Below are positions 18,602 to 27,171 of a DNA stretch of 62,241 nt, one piece after another (the stretch's first letter is position 1; each line of letters begins with the position of its first letter). Origin of the DNA: a virus (lineage: Duplodnaviria > Caudoviricetes); IMG/VR virus record IMGVR_UViG_3300037485_001606, positions 1 through 62,241 of that record; one strand, given 5' to 3'. Both the position numbers and the translations under genes were made by a program. A model generated the notes under the pieces. It ran no database searches. It was given only the letters and a program-made list of their open reading frames with translations, and had not been told where the DNA came from.

Positions 18602-18979
18602 ATGGCAAACCCCAATATAGTCAACGTAACGTCAATTCTTGGCACTACAACGTACCTCACACCCGCTAACACTACGGCCAACACACTGCTGTCTAATGCT
18701 GCGTCTTCAGGCTTGGTCTACAAAATCAACCAGATAGTATGCGCTAACGTCAACGGTGCTTCTGCTGTAAACGCAACTGTGGCAATCAACAGCGCAGCGG
18801 CTGGTGCTGGTACGAACTACCCTGTCATCTCCACCATCTCAGTGCCAGCTAGTGCGTCTGTGATTGCTGTGGATAAGACGACAAGTATCTACCTGATGGA
18901 GAATAGCTCCATCGTAGTGACCTCTGGCACGTCAAGCGGCATCACTTACACCTTGAGCTACGAATCCATAGCAGCGTGA
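18602..18979 (+). CDS. Conserved-type fibre-associated protein (125 aa)
   Basis: MANPNIVNVTSI start, DKTTSIYLMEN, SYE end; AAGGA RBS. Confidence 0.75.
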   Translation: MANPNIVNVTSILGTTTYLTPANTTANTLLSNAASSGLVYKINQIVCANVNGASAVNATVAINSAAAGAGTNYPVISTISVPASASVIAVDKTTSIYLMENSSIVVTSGTSSGITYTLSYESIAA

Positions 18980-18989
18980 GGGTAGCCCC

Positions 18990-20138
18990 ATGAGCATTAG
19001 ACAACATAATCTGGGCAGCATTGTCAAGCCGGGGTTCAATGCGCTTGGGCCACAGACAAGTGTCATTACTTACCAGCCGTACCTGTATTCGTGGGGAAAT
19101 AACGAATACGGGCAGCTTGGGCTAGGCGATATGACATATTACTCATCACCTAAACAAGTAGGTGCGCTTACTAACTGGTTGAACTTAGCGGGTGGGTATA
19201 AACACAGCATCGCTACTAAATCAGACGGAACACTTTGGACATGGGGATATAACATCAATGGTGCATTAGGTCTAGGTAACACCACTAACTATTCAAGCCC
19301 TAAACAAGTTGGTTCTTTAACTACTTGGTCGTATGTAACTGCTGGATATAACTTTTCGGCGGCTATTAAAACTGATGGTACTCTTTGGACATGGGGTGTA
19401 GGCACTAATGGACAGTTGGGACATGGTAATACAACTAATCGTTCTTCACCTGTTCAAGTTGGTGCTTTAACAACGTGGCTCACTGTTGCTGCCGGATATA
19501 GACAGACTGGGGCTGTTAAGACTGATGGAACTCTATGGATGTGGGGTGGTAACGATCAAGGACAACTAGGTCTAGGCAACACAACAACCTACTCAAGCCC
19601 TAAACAAGTAGGCGCATTGACTAATTGGAAAGATATACGAGTTGGCTATTACTCCTCTGTAGCCACTAAAACTGATGGAACTATCTGGACATGGGGAGCT
19701 AGTTTAGATGGGGCGTTAGGATTAGGCAACACCACATACTACTCCAGCCCTAAACAAGTAGGTGCATTAACTACTTGGCTGACAGGATTTACCTCTAATA
19801 ATAGCGCTTTCACTGTAGCTACTAAAACAGATGGTACTCTTTGGTCGTGGGGGTATAACGGCATAGGTCAACTAGGGTTAGGTAACACCACCAACTTTTC
19901 AAGTCCTAAACAAGTAGGATTACTCACTAATTGGAAATCTGTAACTCTTGGAATGAGGCAAAACTACACCGTAGCTACTAAAACAGATGGCACTTTATGG
20001 ACATGGGGGTATAACGTTCATGGACAATTAGGTCTAGGCAACACTACTCACTACTCTAGCCCTAAACAAGTAGGTGCATTAACTAATTGGCTGACAATAG
20101 CAAGTGGAACCGGCCATGTCCTAGCCACCCTCTATTAA
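18990..20138 (+). CDS. RCC1/BLIP-II-like 7-repeat beta-propeller protein, type A copy 1
   Basis: Seven WG.N..GQLGLG.TT.YSSPKQVG.LT.W..KTDGTLW repeats of about 50 aa. Confidence 0.9.
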   Translation: MSIRQHNLGSIVKPGFNALGPQTSVITYQPYLYSWGNNEYGQLGLGDMTYYSSPKQVGALTNWLNLAGGYKHSIATKSDGTLWTWGYNINGALGLGNTTNYSSPKQVGSLTTWSYVTAGYNFSAAIKTDGTLWTWGVGTNGQLGHGNTTNRSSPVQVGALTTWLTVAAGYRQTGAVKTDGTLWMWGGNDQGQLGLGNTTTYSSPKQVGALTNWKDIRVGYYSSVATKTDGTIWTWGASLDGALGLGNTTYYSSPKQVGALTTWLTGFTSNNSAFTVATKTDGTLWSWGYNGIGQLGLGNTTNFSSPKQVGLLTNWKSVTLGMRQNYTVATKTDGTLWTWGYNVHGQLGLGNTTHYSSPKQVGALTNWLTIASGTGHVLATLY

Positions 20139-20147
20139 GAACACACT

Positions 20148-21305
20148 ATGCCATCAACAACACTCGTATCAGGCGTCCAATACTCCGGCATCTGGACAAT
20201 GCAACAGGTGAATGCCGCTGTAGCTGCGGGGACTTGGCCGGGGCTGCCACAGTTGTGGGTTTGGGGTGCGAATAATGCGGGTCAGTTGGGTCTTGGCAAC
20301 ACTACCGACTACTCATCCCCCAAACAAGTTGGTGCGTTAACTAATTGGTCTAAACTTGCGGCCGGTAATGGTCACAGTCTGGTTATTAAAACAGATAATA
20401 CTTTGTGGGCGTGGGGGCAAGGTAATCAAGGTCGATTAGGTTTGGGGAATACAACATACTACTCATCCCCTAAGCAAGTCGGTGCTCTGACAAATTGGTT
20501 AAAAATTTCTACGGGTTCAGGTGCTACTGGTAGTATTAAAACCGATGGAACTTTGTGGTTATGGGGAGCCGCTAACTATGGACAATTAGGGCGTGGTAAC
20601 ACTACAGATTATTCGTCACCAGTCCAATTGGGTGCTTTAACTACATGGTCAGCGTTGTCTTTAGGTAATGGTTTTACAATGGCCATTACAACTAGCGGAG
20701 CTTTATATGCGTGGGGTATAAATAATACGGGTCAATTAGGTTTAGGTAATACAACAAGCTACTCAAGCCCCAAACAAGTTGGTTTATTAACAACATGGGC
20801 AACAATTTCTGCTGGCAATTCAATGAATGTTGCAGTAAAAACAGATGGAACCATGTGGACTTGGGGGGCAAACCCTTTTGGTGATCTAGGCTTAGGCAAC
20901 ACTACATACTACTCAAGCCCTAAACAAGTTGGCGCACTGACTACTTGGAGCCAAGTAACAAACGGGCAATATCAATGCGCGGCTATAAAGACAGATGGTA
21001 CTCTTTGGGCTTGGGGTTACAACGAAAGCGGAAGACTTGGTTTGGGTGATATTGTTAATCGTTCTAGTCCGGTGCAAGTTGGTGCGCTTACTAATTGGTT
21101 AGTGGTGGATTCGTTAAGCACCTCTACGAAAGCTATCAAAACAGATGGAACACTGTGGTCATGGGGTAAGGGGAACGGTGGTCAATCTGGTTTAGGAAAC
21201 ACCACCAATTATTCCAGTCCTAAACAAGTTGGAACCTTGACAACATGGACAACCATTGGTTGTGGTTGGGGCGGTAGTTTTGTATTAGCAATCAAGACCA
21301 CTTGA
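20148..21305 (+). CDS. RCC1/BLIP-II-like 7-repeat beta-propeller protein, type B copy 1
   Basis: Seven repeats; N-terminal SGVQYSGIW..GTWP leader. Confidence 0.9.
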   Translation: MPSTTLVSGVQYSGIWTMQQVNAAVAAGTWPGLPQLWVWGANNAGQLGLGNTTDYSSPKQVGALTNWSKLAAGNGHSLVIKTDNTLWAWGQGNQGRLGLGNTTYYSSPKQVGALTNWLKISTGSGATGSIKTDGTLWLWGAANYGQLGRGNTTDYSSPVQLGALTTWSALSLGNGFTMAITTSGALYAWGINNTGQLGLGNTTSYSSPKQVGLLTTWATISAGNSMNVAVKTDGTMWTWGANPFGDLGLGNTTYYSSPKQVGALTTWSQVTNGQYQCAAIKTDGTLWAWGYNESGRLGLGDIVNRSSPVQVGALTNWLVVDSLSTSTKAIKTDGTLWSWGKGNGGQSGLGNTTNYSSPKQVGTLTTWTTIGCGWGGSFVLAIKTT

Positions 21306-21325
21306 TCCAGAGTTAGAATTTAACA

Positions 21326-23095
21326 ATGAACAAAACACTCCACTTCCTTTCTGGCATCCCTCGTTCCGGCTCTACGGTGCTTGCTGCCATCCTCAACCAG
21401 AACCCAATGACTCACGTTTCAACAACGTCTGGTCTGGTTCATGCGCTTGATGGATTGGCGAACACTTGGCATTCTGCTGGGCTGCTGAACGAGAACGACC
21501 CTGAGAGAACTAAGCTGGCTCAGACAATGCGTGGTGCGATTGATGCGTTCTACGAGGATGAGACTGCCCCTGTCATCATCGACAAGTCCCGTGGCTGGCC
21601 TATCGCGCAGATTATGGCGGCTATGTCTCAAGTGCTGGGCAAGCAGCCTAAAATCATCGCTACGGTTCGTTCAGTGCCAGACTGTGCTGCGTCCTTTGTG
21701 CGTGTGGCAAAGCCTGAGAACCTTGACGAGTTCATGTACTCCGGTCAGTTGATGGATCACCTCAAAGCTGCTTACATCTCCCTCCAGAACGGCTACAACT
21801 TCGCTCCTGAGAACTTCTTGTTCGTTGAGTATGAAGACCTCTTGGCTGACCCCAAAGCGCAGTTGGCCCGTATCCATGCGTTCCTTGAACTGCCTGAGTT
21901 CAGCTACGACTTCGACAACATTGACGGTTCTACAGTGGCTGAAGATGACGAGAACTTACACGGTCATGCGGGGATGCACGATGTCAAGCCCAAGCTGGAA
22001 GCACAGCACAAGCAAGACCCCAAAGACTTGCTGAAATCCCACTACTCTTCATTCTGTCAGCCTGAGTTCTGGCTAGACACACCGCGCACAACACCAGAGC
22101 TTCATGCACTGGATATGCAGCTTGCAGCCTCTACTACAGGTGACTTCGCTGAAGGCTGGCGCTTGGCTCAACAACTGGAAGCTGACGAACCCACGAACCA
22201 CCGCGCAGCCTACAACCGTGGCTGGTATCTGCTGCGTCAAGGCCAGATTCAAAAGGGTTATCAACTGATGGACAGAGGTCGTGTGGCTGGTGTGTTTGGC
22301 AACAAGAAGCCTGATGTACCCACACCACAATGGGACGGTAAGACTAAAGGCATTGTCCTGCTTAACCTAGAAGGTGGCTTGGGTGACCAGATTCACCAAG
22401 TGCGTTATGCCAAGTACATCGCTGCCCGTGGCTGTAAAGTCATTGTGGCTTGCACAGGTTCACTCGCTTCTTTGTTTGTTGACGTTGAAGGCGTGTCCTC
22501 CGTGATTCAACATGAAGCTGTGTTCGGCATCTACCACGACTTCTGGGTGGCTGGTATGTCGGCTGTAGTGCCACTAGGCTTTGATTTGGCAGATATCTCT
22601 GGTGCGCCCTACCTGACTAAGCCTACGACGATTAAAGGCCGTAAGAAGCGCATTGGCTTGCGCTGGCAAGGGTCTACTCAGTTTGAACATGAGCATCACA
22701 AAGCCTTCCCATACGAGTTGATGTTTGCGGCTGTCAAGGACGCAGATGCTGAGTTCATTAGCTTACAACGTGACGAAGGCGCAGACGCTGCTCCTGCTTG
22801 GGTAAAGCAAGTACCTCTGAATAGCTGGGAAGACACCCGCGCTGCCGCTGCCAGTTGCGACTTGGTGATTAGCTCTTGCACGTCAGTCAGTCACATCGCT
22901 GCTGCTATGGGAGTTGAGACTTGGGTGATAACCCCCGTTATGCCATACTTCCTGTACGCCCTTGAAGGCGAGAGCACACCGTACTACGACAGCATGAAGC
23001 TGATGCGCCAAGAAGTGTTTGGCGACTGGCAAGCTCCGTTCGACCACATCAAAGACCGCTTGGGTGAGAAGCCCATGCTAAGGAGTGTTGCATGA
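21326..23095 (+). CDS. Sulfotransferase - TPR-like - glycosyltransferase (GT9/heptosyltransferase-like) fusion
   Basis: PAPS-binding motifs SGIPRSGSTVL and KIIATVRSVPDCAASF, VEYEDL; AAYNRGWYLL helix; EGGLGDQI, IGLRWQG, CDLVISSCTSVSHIAAAMG GT-B motifs. Confidence 0.85.
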   Translation: MNKTLHFLSGIPRSGSTVLAAILNQNPMTHVSTTSGLVHALDGLANTWHSAGLLNENDPERTKLAQTMRGAIDAFYEDETAPVIIDKSRGWPIAQIMAAMSQVLGKQPKIIATVRSVPDCAASFVRVAKPENLDEFMYSGQLMDHLKAAYISLQNGYNFAPENFLFVEYEDLLADPKAQLARIHAFLELPEFSYDFDNIDGSTVAEDDENLHGHAGMHDVKPKLEAQHKQDPKDLLKSHYSSFCQPEFWLDTPRTTPELHALDMQLAASTTGDFAEGWRLAQQLEADEPTNHRAAYNRGWYLLRQGQIQKGYQLMDRGRVAGVFGNKKPDVPTPQWDGKTKGIVLLNLEGGLGDQIHQVRYAKYIAARGCKVIVACTGSLASLFVDVEGVSSVIQHEAVFGIYHDFWVAGMSAVVPLGFDLADISGAPYLTKPTTIKGRKKRIGLRWQGSTQFEHEHHKAFPYELMFAAVKDADAEFISLQRDEGADAAPAWVKQVPLNSWEDTRAAAASCDLVISSCTSVSHIAAAMGVETWVITPVMPYFLYALEGESTPYYDSMKLMRQEVFGDWQAPFDHIKDRLGEKPMLRSVA

Positions 23096-24228
23096 GTTTT
23101 AGATACAGTTCGGGGATAAACAAGCCGGGGTTTAATCCGCTGGGGGTGCAGACGAGTACGAATACATACTTCCCATACTTATATAGCTGGGGAACTAATA
23201 GTTCTGGGCAACTTGGTTTAAATGATGGCACAAACCGTTCAAGCCCAACTCAAGTTGGCAGTTTATATGATTGGACTACTGTTTCTGCTGGGGGTAATTT
23301 CGGTGCGGCTGTTAAAACTAATGGTACTTTGTGGACGTGGGGTGATAATACAAGTGGTAAATTAGGTCTTGGAAATACAACATCTTACTCATCACCAAAA
23401 CAAGTTGGGGCACTGACAAATTGGGCAAAAGTTCAGGCCTGTAGTGCTTGTTGTTTTGCTATTAAAACCAATGGAACTTTATGGTCTTGGGGTGCTGGAT
23501 CAGGGGGAAGACTGGGGCTAAGTACGGCATTTAGTTATTCTTCTCCTGTACAAGTAGGTACTTTAACAAACTGGTTACATATTGCTAATACCTATGATTC
23601 AGGAACGGCAATTAAAACCGATGGCACTTTATGGTCTTGGGGAACTAACGCAATAGGACAGTTGGGGTTAGGTGATACTACCAATAGAAATAGCCCAGTT
23701 CAGGTTGGTACTTTAACAAATTGGTCGCAAGTAAATACAACCCCAAGAGAAGCTGTTATAGCTACTAAAACGGATGGAACTCTTTGGTCTTGGGGGCGAA
23801 ATAACAACGGTAGGCTTGGGCTTGGTAATACCACAAGTTACTCTAGTCCAAAACAAGTAGGTACATTAACAAACTGGCTATCTGCATTTGGTGGATATAG
23901 ATTTGGTTTGGCTATTAAAACCGATGGGACACTATGGTCTTGGGGTATGAATACTAGCGGTGAATTGGGTCTTAATAGTGCAACACCCTCTTTCTCCAGC
24001 CCTCAACAAGTAGGTACGCTAACTAATTGGCTCAGTGTTGCAGGAGGGTACTATCATAGCGTAGCGGTAAGCACTGATAATAAACTATGGTCTTGGGGAA
24101 AAAATAATATAGGACAGCTTGGTCTTGGTAATACAACTAACTATTCATCCCCAAAACAAGTTGGCGCAGCTACACAGTGGGTTTCTGCGTATGCTCAAGG
24201 CGCATATTCTTTTGCCACATTTTATTAA
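23092..24228 (+). CDS. RCC1/BLIP-II-like 7-repeat beta-propeller protein, type A copy 2
   Basis: Seven repeats; KPGFN.LG.QTS..TY.PYLYSWG leader shared with the 18990 gene. Confidence 0.9.
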   Translation: MSFRYSSGINKPGFNPLGVQTSTNTYFPYLYSWGTNSSGQLGLNDGTNRSSPTQVGSLYDWTTVSAGGNFGAAVKTNGTLWTWGDNTSGKLGLGNTTSYSSPKQVGALTNWAKVQACSACCFAIKTNGTLWSWGAGSGGRLGLSTAFSYSSPVQVGTLTNWLHIANTYDSGTAIKTDGTLWSWGTNAIGQLGLGDTTNRNSPVQVGTLTNWSQVNTTPREAVIATKTDGTLWSWGRNNNGRLGLGNTTSYSSPKQVGTLTNWLSAFGGYRFGLAIKTDGTLWSWGMNTSGELGLNSATPSFSSPQQVGTLTNWLSVAGGYYHSVAVSTDNKLWSWGKNNIGQLGLGNTTNYSSPKQVGAATQWVSAYAQGAYSFATFY

Positions 24229-24237
24229 AAGAACACT

Positions 24238-25407
24238 ATGCCAGTAACAACATCAGTATCAGGCGTTCAATACTCCGGCATCTGGAGTCTCGCAGGGCAA
24301 GCTAACGCTAAGGCGTTGGGGACTTGGCCTATCGCTTATGGGCCTCAAGGTTTATGGAGTTGGGGCAGTAACGGTCTAGGAAAATTAGGCTTAGGAAATC
24401 TTACCGCGTATTCCTCCCCTAAACAAATAGGAAGTTTAACAGCTTGGAAATCTATATCCGCTGGGGATGTACAAGGTTTAGCCATTAAATTAGACGGCAC
24501 ACTTTGGTCTTGGGGCGCAGGCGCTAATGGTGTACTGGGTCTTGGCAATACAACCAACTATTCCTCACCTAAACAAGTGGGCGCATTAACCAATTGGTTA
24601 AAAGTTTCAGCAGGGTATGATAAATTCAATTTAGCAACAAAGACTGACGGTACGCTATGGGCTTGGGGAAAAAATAATAATGGTCAACTCGGTTTAAGTA
24701 ACACCACCTATTATTCATCACCAAAGCAAATCGGCTCTGGGACTACTTGGTCAGACATAGCCGCCGCAGGATATTGTTCATTAGCTATCAAAACAGACGG
24801 AACTTTATGGTCGTGGGGATACAACGGTGCGGGTCAACTAGGTTTGGGCAACACAACTAGTTATTCTTCTCCTAAGCAAGTTGGAGCTTTAACTACTTGG
24901 TCTAAAGTAAATGGCGGCACTGCTCATAGTTTAGCTATCAAAACAGACGGAACGCTTTGGTCTTGGGGTGATGGAGCCTATGGTAAATTGGGCTTAGGCA
25001 ATACAACTTATTACTCATCCCCTAAGCAAGTTGGTGCATTAACTACGTGGTCAAATTCTGTTGGAGCTGCTTACCGAACTTTAGCTGTTAAAACCGATGG
25101 AACGCTTTGGTCTTGGGGGTTTGGATACGCAGGTGAACTAGGTTTAGGTAACACTACAGATTATTCTTCGCCTAAACAAATAGGCGCATTAACAAGTTGG
25201 GCTATTGTTCCTACTGGGTGCGGAAATACATTTTCTATGGCAATTAAGACGGATAAAACATTATGGGTTTGGGGTAGAAATGCTGGAGGTTATTTGGGAC
25301 TTGGAAATACAACCAACTATTCCTCACCTAAACAAGTTGGATCATTGACCACTTGGCTTAATATAAGCAATGGCGCAGACTCTACATTAGCAATCCAAAC
25401 AGCATAG
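24238..25407 (+). CDS. RCC1/BLIP-II-like 7-repeat beta-propeller protein, type B copy 2
   Basis: Seven repeats; SGVQYSGIW..GTWP leader shared with the 20148 gene. Confidence 0.9.
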   Translation: MPVTTSVSGVQYSGIWSLAGQANAKALGTWPIAYGPQGLWSWGSNGLGKLGLGNLTAYSSPKQIGSLTAWKSISAGDVQGLAIKLDGTLWSWGAGANGVLGLGNTTNYSSPKQVGALTNWLKVSAGYDKFNLATKTDGTLWAWGKNNNGQLGLSNTTYYSSPKQIGSGTTWSDIAAAGYCSLAIKTDGTLWSWGYNGAGQLGLGNTTSYSSPKQVGALTTWSKVNGGTAHSLAIKTDGTLWSWGDGAYGKLGLGNTTYYSSPKQVGALTTWSNSVGAAYRTLAVKTDGTLWSWGFGYAGELGLGNTTDYSSPKQIGALTSWAIVPTGCGNTFSMAIKTDKTLWVWGRNAGGYLGLGNTTNYSSPKQVGSLTTWLNISNGADSTLAIQTA

Positions 25408-25444
25408 TCCAGAGTTAGAATTTAATTTTTAAAAAGGAAAAATC

Positions 25445-25834
25445 ATGTCATTATTCGTACGCATTCAAAACAATCTCGTAACCGACTGCTGGGATACACC
25501 TCCCCCTGCTGGTCAAGATGGTTGGAAATCAGCCGTTGAAGTTCGTCCTTCAATCACAGCGCATCGTCAAGGCTACACAGCCCACACGTTTAATCTGTCC
25601 ACTGACCCCGTGCAGATTGTGTACAACACCTACGACATCCCTGTCGAAGACCGCAAAGCTGGCATGAAAGCCAATGCCTCGTTCAGCTTCCAGCAAGTTG
25701 TCCAAGAGCAAATGCGTGACCCATCTAAGTACGACCCCGCTGCTGTTGCTGCTGCACAAGCTGCCGTTGCTCCAAAGGTTGCTGCCATCGAAGCTGCCAC
25801 AACGCACGACGAACTTGATACACTGATGGGATGA
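25445..25834 (+). CDS. Hypothetical protein, possibly a fibre-assembly chaperone
   Basis: AAAGGA RBS; IEAATTHDEL C-terminus resembles tail-fibre assembly proteins. Confidence 0.6.
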   Translation: MSLFVRIQNNLVTDCWDTPPPAGQDGWKSAVEVRPSITAHRQGYTAHTFNLSTDPVQIVYNTYDIPVEDRKAGMKANASFSFQQVVQEQMRDPSKYDPAAVAAAQAAVAPKVAAIEAATTHDELDTLMG

Positions 25835-26268
25835 AAATCCTCATCCTCGGTTTACCCGGAACTGGCAAAACCACACTAGCAGAAGCTCTCGCAAGGGAGC
25901 TTCAGTGCGTTCACTTCAACGCTGACGACATACGCAAGCACATCAACAAGGACTTGGGCTTCTCTGAAGCTGACCGGGTTGAGCAAGCTAGGCGTATGGG
26001 TCATCTGTGCAACATCACAAGTAAGTGGGGCGCTAACGTCATTGCTGACTTCGTTTGCCCTACAGAGGAAACTCGTAAGGCTTTCGACGCAGACTTTGTT
26101 ATATGGGTAGACCGTATCAAAGAGGGACGCTTTGCTGACACAAACAAGATATTTGTACCACCAGTAAAGTTCAACTCTAGGGTGACAGGTGCTTTCGATA
26201 ACTGCTTCCCAACGTATCAGGCAGAGCAACTAGCTGGGATGATTCGCAGCTTTAGAAAGACGTTATGA
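25831..26268 (+). CDS. cysC: Adenylyl-sulfate (APS) kinase-like protein, compact form
   Basis: P-loop GLPGTGKTT, NADDIR, DLGFSEADRVEQARR signature, VIADFVCP. Confidence 0.8.
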   Translation: MKILILGLPGTGKTTLAEALARELQCVHFNADDIRKHINKDLGFSEADRVEQARRMGHLCNITSKWGANVIADFVCPTEETRKAFDADFVIWVDRIKEGRFADTNKIFVPPVKFNSRVTGAFDNCFPTYQAEQLAGMIRSFRKTL

Positions 26269-26654
26269 GTGATATTACTGGCCTTGGTGCTGTAACTGAA
26301 CTCGCTTCCACGGTCATCAATAAAATTTGGCCCGACAAGAGCGAAGCGGAAAGGCAGCAGCTTGCAGCAGCCGTGATGGTTGTCCAAGGCCAGATTGATA
26401 TAAACAAGGTTGAAGCCGCAAGCCCCTCTGTCTTCGTGAGTGGCTGGAGACCTTTTATAGGGTGGGTATGCGGTGTAGCCTGCGCTTGGAACTGGATTGG
26501 GCTAAAGGTAGCCCTATTTGTCGCTGCGTACTTGGGTCACCCCTTGGATATGCAACCCGCAGATGTATCTGAAATGATGCCCGTCTTGCTGGGTATGCTG
26601 GGCCTAAGCGGATTTAGAACAGTGGAAAAGATCAAGGGTGTAAACAGGTTATGA
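26265..26654 (+). CDS. Holin (3TM, GTA-release type)
   Basis: FVSGWRPFIGWVCG, LLGMLGLSGFRTVEKIKG; next to the endolysin. Confidence 0.85.
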   Translation: MSDITGLGAVTELASTVINKIWPDKSEAERQQLAAAVMVVQGQIDINKVEAASPSVFVSGWRPFIGWVCGVACAWNWIGLKVALFVAAYLGHPLDMQPADVSEMMPVLLGMLGLSGFRTVEKIKGVNRL

Positions 26655-27163
26655 AAGAGAACTTCCTAAACTCATTAAAAGCGGTTCTTGTTCACGAAGG
26701 AGGATTCGTAAATCACCCAAAGGACCCCGGGGGGATGACCAATTTAGGTTGTACCAAGGCCGTTTGGGAAGAGCACTGTGGTCACCCCGTAGATGAAAAA
26801 GCCATGCGGGCGCTGGTCGTCGCTGATGTAGCCCCTCTGTATAAGCATAAGTACTGGGACAAGGTCCGCGGCGATGAGCTTCCTTCCGGGGTAGACTTCT
26901 GCGTTTTCGATGCGGCCATCAACAGCGGTCCGCGCTACGCGGCCAAATGGCTGCAAGCCTGTGTAGGCGCTGAAGTAGATGGAAGCATTGGACCTAAAAC
27001 CCTGACCGCGGCCCGCGCCATGGACCCTAAACAACTGATTGACGACTACAGCCGCCGACGCTTGTCGTTCTTGACTGATCTAGCTCATTGGGATACATTT
27101 GGTAGAGGCTGGACGCGCCGTGTGAACGAGGTCACCAGTACCGCATCGACAATGACCGCATGA
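26651..27163 (+). CDS. Endolysin, glycoside hydrolase family 108 with peptidoglycan-binding domain
   Basis: HEGGFVNHPKDPGGMTNLG, FDAAINSG, DGSIGPKT, FGRGWTRRV. Confidence 0.92.
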   Translation: MKENFLNSLKAVLVHEGGFVNHPKDPGGMTNLGCTKAVWEEHCGHPVDEKAMRALVVADVAPLYKHKYWDKVRGDELPSGVDFCVFDAAINSGPRYAAKWLQACVGAEVDGSIGPKTLTAARAMDPKQLIDDYSRRRLSFLTDLAHWDTFGRGWTRRVNEVTSTASTMTA

Positions 27164-27171
27164 GGTAGACC

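Noticed and set aside
18990-25407. Diversity-generating retroelement acting on the RCC1 repeats (the variable codon in TT-x-YSS is NNY in 27 of 28 repeats by my count)
   Set aside because: No reverse transcriptase and no template/variable repeat pair differing only at adenines. Asn, Tyr, Asp and His codons are NAY by definition, so the pattern is largely trivial.
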